DNA of 62,907 nucleotides, counting the filler, from Bipalium vagum (lineage: Eukaryota), in the NCBI GenBank assembly GCA_037834085.1. It is 3 parts of 3 records of this genome, joined end to end, with 100 filler letters (N's around TTAATTAATTAA, not from the genome) between each part and the next. Parts side by side here need not be neighbours in the genome. Positions count along the whole stretch, not along the records: positions 1 to 26,821 come from JBBMKC010126389.1; 2 more parts are not named here. One strand, written 5' to 3'. Position numbers and translations under genes: made by a program. A model generated the notes under the pieces. The model did no database searches. It saw nothing but the letters and a program-made list of their open reading frames with translations, and was not told the origin of the DNA. Positions 13,247 through 26,199 of the stretch are shown here, piece after piece; positions within the stretch are counted from its first letter, which is position 1; the number at the start of each line of letters is the position of its first letter.

Positions 13247-15655
13247 GTTTGGTTTGTGATTTGAGGAACAGTTGTCGAACGACCGACGGTAAATTTTTGA
13301 GATTATTGTAAAAATTGGAATATTGAGATTTTTGAATTTTCTGGCCGACGTGACTTGAATCGGATATTGTGTGAATTTTTGGTGATTATTGAAAGACCTG
13401 TGTGGCAAAAATTGGAGTATTTTTTTTGGAGGTTTTGAACTTTGTGCAAAGGCCAATGAGAATTGAGTTGTCAATTTTGGATTCGAATAATTTTGTGATT
13501 TATGATTATATTTTAATTAAACTTTAAGCAATTTATGATTGACCTAAATTTGACTAAGTTTTCGAACTTGAGGGTGGTCTTAAATTCGAAGAATGTTATG
13601 ATTTTTGATTTTTGTTATATTGATAAAACATGAGTAATTTGGATTTTTGTAAGTCCTGTGTGTGCAGAAAATTTTTTTTGTTTTTTTTGGATTTGATAAG
13701 GTTTTGGAAATTTTTTGTAAAGCCCGGCGAGGTATAAAAGTTCGTTTAAAAATTTTTAAGTTATTTATCTTTTTTTTTGAGATTTCATTTGGTTTTAGAA
13801 CTTTTTGTAAAGCCCTGTTAAGTATTAAAGTTCGTTTAAAAACAATTTTCTTGATTTGATTGGACCTGTGTGGTATTGACAAATTGTTTGGGATTTGAGC
13901 TTTGGACATTTGTAAAGTTCGTTTTTGAAAAGTGTGGCGAGTTTAGGAGGAAGGAAATCGAAATTAGAACAACAGAAGAAAGTAGAAAGTGGTTTGCGAA
14001 AGAGAACAACTAGAGGCTCAACGGGATTAGCTAATAGTCAATTGGAAGAAGAAAATTCGGAAAGTAGAAGCTCAGATTCGAGTCAAGGACAAGGATCGAA
14101 TCAACAAACGATTCATGGATGCCCATGATGTTAATAATGGTCATGATGTTTTTGAATATGATGAACAGATCGAATGCATTGGTAGCATACGATTGTACGA
14201 AGACAAAAATGGGAAAAATATATTCGTTGATAGATTTGGAAAAATGCCCAGAAGATTACCTGACAAATTTAACCAGCAGAGACGTATATTAACATATTTA
14301 TCAGGAAACGGAATTTAGAAAGGCGAACGTGAAGGAATATATCGTTAAGAAGGCAAAGTTTGAGTATTTTTTTTGGAGTCCATAGTATAACGGCTTTTTT
14401 GGAAGTAACATTGATACCAGTTCCAGTGATTGACAATTCCAAAAACTGCAAGTCAGCCTTAGTAACAGGGAAGTTACAGATCGCAGCAGGGCTAGCAATT
14501 GATGCAAAAGTCGGTGTAAGAACTCGACAAGCCATAACAGAAGGAGGAAACATAGAACCAGATGGCGCATGCACAGGCAGAGACAAATATAGAATATGCG
14601 ATAAAGTAGCCTAGGTGGTCACTTATTCGAAGAGTGATTTGTGGCTCCGGTTACCAGAATTTTATTAGAAAAAGATGCAAAACCGAAAATTCTAGAGTGT
14701 TGGTCAGCTATGTCGCCCATAAACAAAATAACACAAGATGTGTGGATAACTCTACCAGATAGAAAAGAGACGATTAAGGTAAAGAACCTGGAGTTGTTAA
14801 AGACTGAAAGGGGGTTGAAGTTTGAAGATTTGGATGAATTGGCATCCAGAGGAACCAATGGCACCAAAAGATACACATCGTTAACAGGATTTCGGGAATT
14901 AGATTCCAGAATTAGAATTAGATTCCTATATGTATGACGAGATACCAGGTGAAGAGACTGGTTTTTTAGAGGAAAAATTACCCGAACAAGAGTTGGATGA
15001 ATGGGAAGTAGTCAGATTAAAAAATGCTCGCGTGAATATGCTGAGAATAAATGATCAAAGGAAGCACAGGACCGATGATAAAAGCGTGGTAAAAGTGAAG
15101 ATCAATGGCCAAGTGTTATCAGCATTAATAGATTCAGAAGCAACAGTATCGATAATTAACAAATTTTTAACAGAGGGAGAAAGGAATAAGATACAATCAG
15201 CACCAGGAGCTCAAGCAGTAACAGGCCAGAATTTTGAGTTTGTGGGAAAAGTATTATGTGCAGTGGAACTAGGTGGTCACAGAATAGAGCATGGTCTGAA
15301 GGTAATGGTCAACTGTCTATATGATGGATTGATCGGAATGGACATTTTATTGCAGTTTCAAGGCGTAGGGTTTGATTTAGTTACAGGCAATTTGATACCA
15401 GTTCAAGGTAGTAGAGGCAGAAGATGAGCCGTGAATGACATAATATTAAATGAAAATGTATTATTAACATCAAGAGCAGAAACAGTTTGTTTCGTGACAG
15501 CGGGAATTCAAGGTAAAGAGGCAATGCACTTCAAGCCCAGCATTGAATTGAGATGGTTACATGGAGCAGTAGATGAAGTAGTACTAATCAGAGATGGAAA
15601 GATACCCATAAGGGTTGTGAACTTTGACGTTAAGAAGAAGCAGTTGTAATCAAAC

Positions 15656-16513
15656 ATGAGAATTGGCCAGTTACAACCATTAACGGATGAGCCATATGCA
15701 GATGCGATCAACGTTTTGAAGCCCAGTTCAATAAAAAGGTATAAACCAATAGTGATTACATGTCAGAATTTGACAGAATGCCAAAGAGAATGCATACAGA
15801 GAGTAATAGCAAGGTATGATAGAGTATTTGCTAAAAATGATTACGATTTGGGTTGTACTCACATTCTAAAATATAAAACTATTCTTACGGAGTCAACCTC
15901 AATCAAGCAAAGAGCATATCGTCAACCTAATGCGTTGGAAGACGAAATTGATCAACAGATAAAGGATATGTTGGAAATAGGGACGATTGAACCGAGTTCG
16001 TCACCTTGCGCATCACCTGTCGTAATGGTTAAAAAGAAAGATGGCTTGATAAGAATGTGTATTGATTACAGAAAAGTAAATGAAGTTACGAGAAAGGATA
16101 CATATCCAATTCCAGTGATTGAGATGATGTTCGACAAGATCAAGAGGTCGACAATATTCACAGTGATGGATCTTCAGAAGGGTTATAATCAAGTTGCTAT
16201 GGATAAAGACAGCAAAGAGATCACGGCGTTCGTAACGAGCAAGGGATTGTATCAGTACAACAAGATACCGTTTGGATTGACAGGATCTCCAGAAACGTTT
16301 CAGAGATTGATGAATCTGATATTAATGGATGTTGAACATGCTATGGTCTATGTGTATGATATTATAATATTTTCTATCAATGGTGATGAACATATTAAGG
16401 ACATAGCAGCAGTGCTGCAAAGATTGAAAGTAGCAGGTCTGAAGGTAAAGCCTATCAGGATATTACAGAAGATTTATCAGAATTTATGTCAAGATAGCGA
16501 CACAGTTGAGTGA
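15656..16513 (+). pseudogene. Gypsy reverse transcriptase fragment
   Basis: RT motifs are present, but catalytic YxDD reads YVYD and the frame breaks after LKVKP. Confidence 0.9.
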
Positions 16514-18793
16514 TTTACTGAAAGGAGAAAGTAAAGCGCTGAAGAGAAAAGCCAAACGAGAAAAGAGAGTAAATATAATCGAAAAAAAAGTAGATAAAAT
16601 CGTATGCGGAGAAGAGCAACAAAAGGCTTTTGAACAATTAAAGGAGAGGTTAATTCGACAACCAGTATTGAGATACCCAGATATGACAAAGTCATTTCTA
16701 CTAATGACGGACGCTAGTGGATACGCGGTTAGAGCAGTATTAGCCCAACAGGTAGAGGGAGAAAAAGACCACGTAATAGCGTACGCTAGTAGAGGACTGA
16801 AAAGCTCGAGCTGAATTATGCGACGATAGTGTTTTTGGTGAAGAAGTTCAAGCAATCTTGTGGGGACGTAACACTATTTTATTCACTGATCAAAGCCCAT
16901 TACAGTGGTTACTAAAGTATAGAGATACCGCTAGTAAATTGATCTGATGGGCATTAATACTACAAGAGTATGATATCGAAATAGGAAGGGGAAAGCCAAT
17001 GCCACAGTACCACACTTTATCGAGAATGAGGCAAGAGGAATTATCACAAGAGGATGCGTAGCTCACTGACGAAGATAAAACCGTCAGTGGTCAGAAGAGT
17101 AAATTTGATTGATTCACGAAAAGACTATCAGAAAGCTGATGACGAAATTGAGTTAATCAAGTGATGCATGAAAGGAAATGTTCCGGAAGATTGGGTAAAG
17201 AAATGGGAAAAGTTAAAAGATAAATTTTAAATGAAGAAGGGAGTATTATATTTTATCAGAAGTAAATATCAGTGCTACGTGGTACCGTTGATGATGCAGT
17301 ACCATGATGGAACACTTGGATGTCACCTGTCAGCTAGGAAAACATTGTCAAGAATTACGAGCAAATATTTTTGGCCAAAAATGGAACACGACATTAGAAA
17401 TTGGTGTCAGTCGTGTAAGATTTGTCAAACCCGGAGAGGAACAGGAGAAAGAACTAAAGTACCACAACTCCTGCAACACCAATGGAAATGGTGGCAATGA
17501 AAGTCGTGGGGCCGTTGCCAGAAACGATATTGGGAAACAATTTTATAATTGTTTTATGTGACTACTTTACTAAGTGGCCAGAAGCGTACCCAATGAAGGA
17601 TCAAAAAGCAACAACCATAGCTAAAATCTTTGTAGAAGAAATCAGTTTTCGGTACGGCACACCAAGGAAATTATTGACGGACAATTTTATGAGCGAGCTG
17701 ATCAAGAAGATATGTGTGCTATTTGCGATTTTGAAACTTAATACGTCACCGTATAGACAGCAGACTGATGGGTTAGTAGAGAGGTTCAATAGAACTCTAC
17801 TCAAAAAAAATAAAAAATATTTGTAATTGATGATTGTAGATCTCCTCCACTTTTTAAAAAAAACTTGGATATTTTTCATGAATTCCTTGAATATTTAAAA
17901 CTTTTTTAGCTCTTATGTTATATTTTTTAAACAGTTTTTAATCGTATTTTCCTGATTACTTATATTTTTTGAGATGTATTTTTCACAAAATTCAATATAC
18001 CATTTTGATCCATTTTCTAAGAAAATAAATTCATGGATTGATATAAAAAATAAATGATCTACTCTCCGTAGCTGTTATAAACGTCTTTTGACGATAAAAT
18101 GATGAAACTCATTAGAAATCTATCCTAGTTGATAACTAGATATTGAAAGAAACCTGAATTTCTCTAAAAACCACGATGCAAGATATCAAAATTTTTAAGT
18201 TCAGCTTAAAGAAATATAATTAATATAGAAGCTTCTTAGCTAGAATTTGAATCTTAATAACTTCATGGTAGAAATTTCGAGAGATATATCTTGATAAAAT
18301 AAGAAATAAATTATTCTGAAAAAATGTTAGATACATGAATTTCATAGCATAATTATCTCGCCCAGATTCGAAAATAGAAGTATCAGGAAGTTGTTAAAAA
18401 ATACCGGTTTCCATAAAATTTATACGATTAACAACAGCTGTGATATCAAAGAAATCAAAAGATCGAATGAAATATGAGGATAAATCAAACAATATCCAAT
18501 AAATGTTTTTTATCAGAAGACATACTTCGACTTCTTGAAGATCTAACAAGAAATATTAATCAATAGAACTACTTTTCTTTTTTTTATTATTGAGTGACAA
18601 AAACTACTGAATTTTAATTGCATATTTGGAATGACAGATGGTCGATAAATATAATCAACAGAAAATATATCAAATTTTATAATTGATTTTCAGTAAAAAG
18701 ATACAGAATTTCCGGATACAGAATCACATACCAAAAAATGTTAATATCTCTGATGATTTTAATGCAAATCTAACAAACTTTGTTTTAAATATA

Positions 18794-19890
18794 CACAACT
18801 GGAAAAAAAAGAGGCTCACACAAAATATACATTTTTACAAAAATGTTTAAATTGGTTAACATTTATTACATTTTTATGTAATATTTAAGGTATTGCACTT
18901 AATATGTATGTAATTTGGTGTTTTTGTTCTGTTTGTTTTAATAATTCAAGTAATAAATAAAATGACTAAGACACATTTAAATGTCGAAATAAAAAATCGG
19001 ACATAATGCCTTTGTTACACAAAACTGTCATATCCTGAAATGTAGAATATTTTGAAGAAACATGGTATTCAAATTCCATTATCCACAATACAAAGAATTG
19101 GCTACCAGTTCAACACAACAGGTTCTGTAAAAAGAAAATCAGGCTCAGGCAGATCCAGAAAAACTACAAGTCGAGATATCAATAGACTGAAATTTGATGT
19201 CATTAAAGATCGTAAGAAAATTATTAAAAAATTAGCTGAGGAATTCAAAAATGGAAATAATGAAACAGTTTCTCAAAAAATTGCAAGACGAGTCAAAAAA
19301 TTGGGGTTTGTATCTATGCGTTGTGCAAGGAAACTATTTTATTCAAATAAGAATATTAAAAACAGATTACATTTTTATAATCTTTACGCTATGTATGATT
19401 CTCAGTGGTTCCAATGTGTGTTCTGGAGTGATGAATGTCGATTTGAACTTCATAGTGATGCCCCTGAACGCTGTATTCAAAGATCAACTAAAAAATATGT
19501 AATGGAATTTATTTCCACCTAAAAAAAATGGCGCTGGGGGAATTATGGTTTGGGGAATATTCTCAGCATCTGGAGTTGATGAGCTTATACGATGTATTGG
19601 GTCAATTAATGCCAAAGAGTTCCAAAGGATATTAGATATTGAATTGCTTCCAAGCTTCGAGAAATTATGCATGGAAAATGAAAGACAATGTTATTTTCCA
19701 AAAGGACAATGCACCGGCGCACACAGCAAAAAAAACAAAAGCATGGTTGAAGAAAAGAGGTGTACCGGTTATGTTTTGGCCTGAACAATTGCCAGATCTT
19801 AATCCCATTGAGAATTTATGGGCAAACATAAAGGCAAAACTAGCCGGGAAATTTTTCAATACTTCTGACCAACTGTGGAAAGCAGTCGAG
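18794..19890 (+). mobile_element. Tc1-like (DD34E) transposon, degenerate, right end missing
   Basis: TA|CACAACTGG left end. HTH with SGRSRKTT; VFWSDECRF; MVWGIFS; FQKDNAPAH followed 34 aa later by E in PDLNPIENLW. Stops and frameshifts present. Confidence 0.92.
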
Positions 19891-20586
19891 ATATTTTTTT
19901 CTGGTGAAACAACTTTTCACATTTCCGTATTTGTGAATAAGCATAATTGCCGATGATAGGCATCAAGTAATCCTTCACAACCGTCGAATTTGTTTAAATT
20001 CCAGCCTAAGTTAATACATGTTTTGCAATGTCTTGCACTCAAATCATTGAACCATTCTTTTTTGAAGATAAAACAATCAATGGACAAAATTGTCTACAAA
20101 TCCAATCATCCAACGAAAAAGACTTACTAATATGATCATCTTGCAACAATATGGAGCTCCGGCACATTTTTGCAAAAATGTTCGCGTATGGTTAAATGAA
20201 AAATTGAAAGGACGGTGGATTCGCAAAGGTGATCCAATATCTTGGGCATTACGTTCTCAAGATCTGACTCCACTGGAATTTTTTCTATGGGTTACATTAA
20301 GAAAAGCATTTACAAAACAAAGGTCCATGGCATTGTCGATCTAAAGAACATGATTTAGCAAGATACAAAGTCCATAAAAAAGAAATTACAAACAGTTTTT
20401 GATGGTATTGTAAAAAGAATTAAGATTTTGTATTGATGTTAATATTGACACTTTAAAGCAGTATATGTAACTTTTTATATGAAAAAAAACTTTGGAATGT
20501 GATTTTTTAAAAAGTTTATTTAATTAGGTAAAAAAAATAAAATGCATATTAACTTTATTTTTAGATATGAATTACCGGACACCCTA
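19891..20586 (+). mobile_element. 3' part of a DD41D (rosa/Visitor-type) Tc1/mariner transposon
   Basis: FFSGETTFHISVFVNKHNCR (cf. FSDEATFHLSGxVNKHNCR); LQQYGAPAH...WALRSQDLTPLEFFLW with 41-residue spacing; ends ...ccggacaccct(a)|ta, like a CAGGGTG-type TIR. Confidence 0.85.
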
Positions 20587-20795
20587 TATTTATTTCAAAA
20601 TTATCTGATCAATATTTTAAGTAAAAAATCTGCTCTTTATAAAAACTATTGGAACATTCGAAGCCGTAAAACAAAAAAATTTCATAATTAGTAAATGACA
20701 ATTTTTATTTTGTTAATAGACCGGAATTCGATATTTCTAACCGTTCAATTAAATTAAGAGACAAATTAACGAAGATTTTACTAATACCATTTATT

Positions 20796-21529
20796 TCAAT
20801 CGTAATAGTCGTCGTCATTCTCATTATTTACAACTTTATAATTACAGTGTGAATTGTTAACGGCATCGAGCTGACTTTTTTCCACTGAAATCTGTTGGAG
20901 ATCAACGTCATTGGCTGTGGCTTCCAATTCAAATTGTGCTCGTGCCTGAAAAGTTGTTTTAAAGCTTTTTAGGGAGAGTTTCAAAAATACTTGTTCAAAC
21001 ATTTTCTGTTGCAACTCAACCATTATTTGATAATCCTCTTCTGTCTGATGTTGAAATTTAAAACGCGATGTTTGAGCTTTGCGCAATTTGACTTCTTCCC
21101 TTGCCTCTTCACTGGCACTTTTCGCTATTTCTTTGTAATGATTGAGGCCCATCATTTCCAGACCTTTATTACATAAACAAAGTTGTGAAAATAATATTTT
21201 TTCAATTTTATTTCATAGTTCTAATTAATCAAGTTATTTTATATAATATTTTTCTTATGCTTAATAAAATATAGAATATCTGATATAAATATAAAGAAAC
21301 CTGTGAGTATATGTTCAGCCATTATAGTCTTCTTACTTGCTTGATTACAAGCTAAATTAGCTTGACCAGCAAGTTTGTGTATAAATTCATGACTTATTTG
21401 AAGCATTAATTCTCGAGCTTCCAAAGTCAAACGAGCTTCTGGTGCTGCATCTTTAATTAGTTTGTTTAGAGCTGCTCTAGGTAAGCTTACATCCTCCTCT
21501 TCTTTGGCAATCAAATCGGCTGGGTCCAT
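20796..21529 (-). CDS. DR1: Negative cofactor 2 beta subunit (Dr1 / TBP-associated phosphoprotein), about 183 aa
   Basis: Exons 21529-21301, 21163-20991 and 20945-20796. Histone fold EEDVSLPRAALNKLIKD...EARELM...EFIH...ACNQASKKTIMAEHILTGLEMMG, followed by LQQKMFEQAR and an acidic tail, as in Dr1. Confidence 0.93.
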
Positions 21530-22679
21530 CCTAAATATTTTCACTATGAATTGTAATATCAATTTAAAATTTTAAAATATTTAATTAAATTTATTTATAT
21601 AAATGATTTACAAATAATTCAAAAGATACCCAAAATTAATTATTTAAACAAAATCAAAATATTATAAAAAATACTTATAATTAAAACTCAATTTGAGCAG
21701 TCACAAAAATATATATATATATATATTTTTTATATATATTAATTATTAACAAAATTTATGATTATAAAATTAATAAATGCTATATACTGAATCCTATCAT
21801 TTTTAATTGAATATTAACTGAAATATTTGTATCATATAAATTAATTCATAATTATTATTCTTTTAAACCGATTATATTTGTATAAAATTTGTTGTTGCTA
21901 GGAGTATAATGAAAAGAAATATATACAAATATAAATTTTTTAATAACTAAAGAAAACTGAATTATAATAATAATACTGAGTAATTGTAAAATGTAGGGAC
22001 ACAAATTTGATTCTTTATATTTTTTAAGCTTTGAACTAATAACTACAACTAGGTTGATAGATGGAGAGATCAAGGTTTTGAAGCTTATCTTTCGATCAAG
22101 TTTTTATTCTGAAATTAGTATGTTCAAGGTAATACACTTGTGTGCGTCAGATTGTAGTTTTGATTACCGTTGTTTGGTTTGCATAACAACCTTTCAGTAA
22201 TAAATATGTTAAATAAGTATAACTTGAATTAAAGTTAATCTTTATACTCGAAAATGGATCTAACCCGTTACTCGCGGATGGTGTAATAACCAGTTGGAGA
22301 ACACAGTAAGTCAATAAAAATAATGATGGACATACAGCACACAAAATTAAAACTTTTTAAATTAATGTTCAGATATTCAAAATGTAAAATCAGTAACGGT
22401 ATATACTTGGAAAATCAATTCCTTTAAAGTTAAATATGATTAATAATATTTATGATTGCTTTGAACCAAATGACATCAATTAAAATGGTCCTGATTTACC
22501 CAGTAACATAAATATTTGAATAATTTTTTTATTTATTAAAATTTAATCCTTACAACAATAATAAGTTATTAATCAGTAAATATACAAAAAATATTTCACA
22601 AATTATTTAAAAGGAAATAAATCAGAAACTTGATTCCAAAAATTATGAAAAAATTTTGAACGATTTCGGAAATATTCTA

Positions 22680-23230
22680 CAAAACATTAATTCGGCAAGG
22701 AGATCATTATATCTCTCTGGGATCTGTGTGAATCAAAGTGAACTTTTGATTTAAAAAAAAATCGCATTCATATGTTTTAAATATTTTGTACTTAAGCATA
22801 AAAAACTGGGTCAACAAAATTTACGAAATGGTTGACATTGACAAGAATATATCTTTGTGGTAAATTCACAATGTCATCAAATGCCTTCCTCATGTCTGAT
22901 AAGATTGTTGTATCTAGCCGTATATATTTCTGAATAATTTTGAATGGAACATCACGTCTCCTGACCGGTACTAAAAAATAATTTGGAGATCAGAGTTCTT
23001 TTTCTCCAAACATCCATTTAGTTTTACAAATACATCTTCCTCTCTTATTTTTGTCTGGAGATGCATGTTTTATTTTTTCCAGTTTTATCTGAACCTACAA
23101 CTATATTGCATTTTTCGAGATATTCAGCACATGCATACAAAAAATATTCATGTCATTTTAACTATTGATTTTTGACTTGTGTTTCAAAACTTTAAATTGT
23201 AAAATATGGAATTAACAAAAAGTGAGTTAA
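22680..23230 (-). mobile_element. Possible piggyBac-like transposase C-terminal remnant
   Basis: Broken frames resembling xVNSxILY...KMT..F and a downstream Cys-rich segment; highly decayed. Confidence 0.3.
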
Positions 23231-24711
23231 CATGTATTATTTGTTGGGTTAGCCAAGGATACATCCCTTTTAACCCTCTTAAAAATTATTATTTGTAGAC
23301 CACTAAAGGATCTAGATTATTTATAATATAAATTAATTATTGAAACCGAAAAAGGGTCAGAAGTGAAATAATAATACTAAAATTAATAATAACTAAATAA
23401 TAATTGTAAAAATTTGAAAATAATATTAATAATAAAATAATTATTTTTTATAAGAATAACGATCTAATCTGGACAATGGCGACATAGAACTGTCGAGATT
23501 AGATCAGGGAGCGACTGATTTGGGATTAAGTGATCAAAATTTGAGTTGACATTCTCCATTAGGAAAACTGATTTACAACTGATTAGTGGTCTGATCAGTA
23601 TAAAAGGAATAAGAATCCGCAGTGGATTGCTCCAAAAAGAGAACGACTAAATTTGTATTTTTAAATTAGTAAGAGGTGACATTTTGTTAGAAGAACCTAT
23701 TGGAACAATTGAAGAAATTTTGTCAGAAAAATTTACAGGATCAATTGTTAGAATTGTGTCAGAAGAATTATTAAAAATTGTAAGAAGAATTTATTGGGAA
23801 GAAAACCTTTGCAGATTCAAATTAGTAAACAGCTCTTTATGCTCGCAATTATGCGACAGGAGCTTATGATGGGTCTTGCGTTTTTAGGAGATGTCTAAGT
23901 AAGCCGGATTGGGCTCACCAAACGACCCTTTAGACCCGTGAAACCTATATTGAATTGTTTTATTTTTTTTATATTAATTATATATATATCTTTTTTTTAA
24001 ATTAACAATTAACATAATCAATTATTGATTATTTGACATTTATCGATTTGATTGTTTATTAATTATTGATTATTTTTTGAACTTTTATTGATTTGGACAT
24101 TAATCGATTTGATTGTTTTGTGTTTTCTTTTCAATATTATTGACTGTTTGAAAAATTTCACATTATGTTATTGTGTGATTACTTCTGTAATTGTGATTGA
24201 AGAAATAAAGTTTTATTGTAGTTGTTTAATTCATTTATTTGGGGAAACGTATTGACAAAAGTGAAGGGCTCATTAAAGCTTACAAGCTAAGTGTTACGTA
24301 AGAGTTTTCATAGTAATTTAATAGCGTAACATTTTAATATATTCAACAATATCTTCAACCGGTGTTTGATTTATTAAGGTCAAAGCGTAAAATTTCATAT
24401 TAAATAAAATATTGAAATTTTTATGTTGGTGTACCATAAACAAAATAGTATCTTTTGATATTTCAACTAAACTTTCATTTATTTTGTGATTCAATAATTT
24501 TGTTTTATTGCGCATTGTTAGCTGCGATATCAACAAAGTCAATCATTTTGAACAATATATTTTTGAATACTTTATAAAACAATAAATAATACTTTAAAAA
24601 ATTTTCCATTTTTAATAAATTAATATATTGTGCGATTAAAAATCAAAATAAAATTAACAATTAAGCAATTAATTAAAAATTAAAAATTAAAAATCAGTTT
24701 AAATACTCACA

Positions 24712-24948
24712 ACACAAAGCGTACCCTGTTTATCCCCCCCATTTTGTCATGAACAAAATGAGCCCTAAAATAGGTTTAAATATATATTTTTGGCAACAAA
24801 AAAATAATTATAAAAAATTACTAAAAATGCAAAATTAGAAAAGGAAAATATATAAAATATAAAAATGCATAAAAAATATATTTTAAAAATTCAGAGCTTG
24901 TTTTTGTTCACGAAAAAAATGTGTTGATAAGCAGGGTACACTTTGTGT
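24712..24948. repeat. Imperfect inverted repeat (arms about 58 bp, AT-rich spacer about 120 bp)
   Basis: Left arm acacaaagcgtaccctgtttatc...ttttgtcatgaacaaaa versus reverse complement of the right arm acacaaagtgtaccctgcttatc...tttttcgtgaacaaaa. Confidence 0.85.
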
Positions 24949-25456
24949 CATACAAATAGAAAAAATATAAGATACATCTTAAGTCATAAATTAATAAAAA
25001 GTCACTAAAAAAATAAGAAAAAACTAATTGTGCTGGAGAAAAATATATTTTTTTAGTTCAAAAAAATCACTAAGAAATTCACTAAAAATGGTAGGAAAAT
25101 GGTATTCTGAAATTTGTGATAAATCTATTAATAGAAAAAATAAAAGTCATCATGAAAATACAAGAATACATTAAAAAAATATTCAACGATTTCAACGAAA
25201 AAAGACTAAAAACAACGACAACGACGAAAAATCAACGATATTCACGAATAAAAACAACAACCTAAAAAATAAAACAACGACTGAAAAACCAAGATTAAAA
25301 ATAACAATAGCATCAATAAAAAAACAACGACTGAAAACATTTTATCAAAGACTAAAAATAAAAATCTAAATATTCAGAACATTCAAGAAAGATTTCCATC
25401 TTTTTTTTGATAAAAACAGGAGGAGACATCCAATCACAAATGACAAATAATCACAA

Positions 25457-25830
25457 ATGACAAATAATAAATTTTTAAACAAATTTAAAATTGGAAGATA
25501 TCCAGGTGAATTACATTTAAAATCTTTAAATCCTTTAAATAAAACAAATCCAGTTCACAATTTTACTGGACCTGAAACAAATGTTGACAAACGTTTAAAA
25601 AACTATAATGAAATAGTAGAAACTTTTGAAGATAATCAAGATTTATCAATTCTCCAAATTCCAAAATTTGATTCCATTCCAATAAATTGAATAGATCAAG
25701 TAACAATGAAACATGATGTAAAATATATGTCAACAGATTTAAAAGATAGACATGTTGCAGATGTAGAAATGATTCATGAAATGAATAATATTCAAAATCC
25801 TACACCAAGAAAAAAAACTTGAAAGAGCAA
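25457..25830 (+). pseudogene. Viral-type phospholipase A2 (PLA2X-like) pseudogene
   Basis: Ca-loop-like FTGP and catalytic HDxxY are in the same frame, separated by a TGA at 25688-25690. Confidence 0.75.
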
Positions 25831-25844
25831 TTGTAAAATTAATA

Positions 25845-26165
25845 ATGAAAGGAAAGGTCGCCTTCGGCTTAGGAGGATTATATCCTCCAATAGCTTTAGG
25901 ATTAGGTTTACCAAGAAAGTCAAAGATTCTCTCTAATGAAAAACTTTTCGAAAATTCAAAAATTCTTCCTCATGAAAAAAATAAACAATTAGCAAATGAA
26001 CTTCATAAAGAATTTAGAAAAACTAAAGATTTCCTAAAAGTTAAAGTTAATAATAAAGATTATATTTGGTCTGCAGATCTTACATTTGTTCCTGGAGAAA
26101 AAGATTATAAAATAATTCTAATAGTTATTGATTTATATACTCGTTTTGCTTTCGCTGTTCCTTAA
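25845..26165 (+). pseudogene. Polinton-type integrase N-terminal fragment
   Basis: LANELHK...WSADL (first catalytic Asp)...IVIDLYTRFAFAVP, then truncated. Confidence 0.85.
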
Positions 26166-26199
26166 AAAAATCAAAGGTTTCGAGTTGATTTAAGATACA

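Larger units (their letters stand above)
13100..17810 (+). mobile_element. Degenerate Ty3/Gypsy LTR retrotransposon, 3'-truncated within the integrase
   Basis: Domain order gag-PR-RT-RH-IN. Protease ALIDSEAT (14930-15427); RT SPVVMVKKKDG.IRMCIDYRKVN...IPFGL...YVYDII (15656-16513); RNase H MTDASGYAV...VIAYASR; integrase zinc finger YHDG..CH..WCQSCKIC and core CDYFTKWPEAYP...LLTD...QTDGLVERFNRTL. Many stops and frameshifts; no 3' LTR seen. Confidence 0.95.

Noticed and set aside
25180-25350. Repeated aaacaacgactgaaaa-like units resembling an array
   Set aside because: Irregular low-complexity repeats with no constant repeat-spacer structure in a eukaryotic context; not CRISPR.
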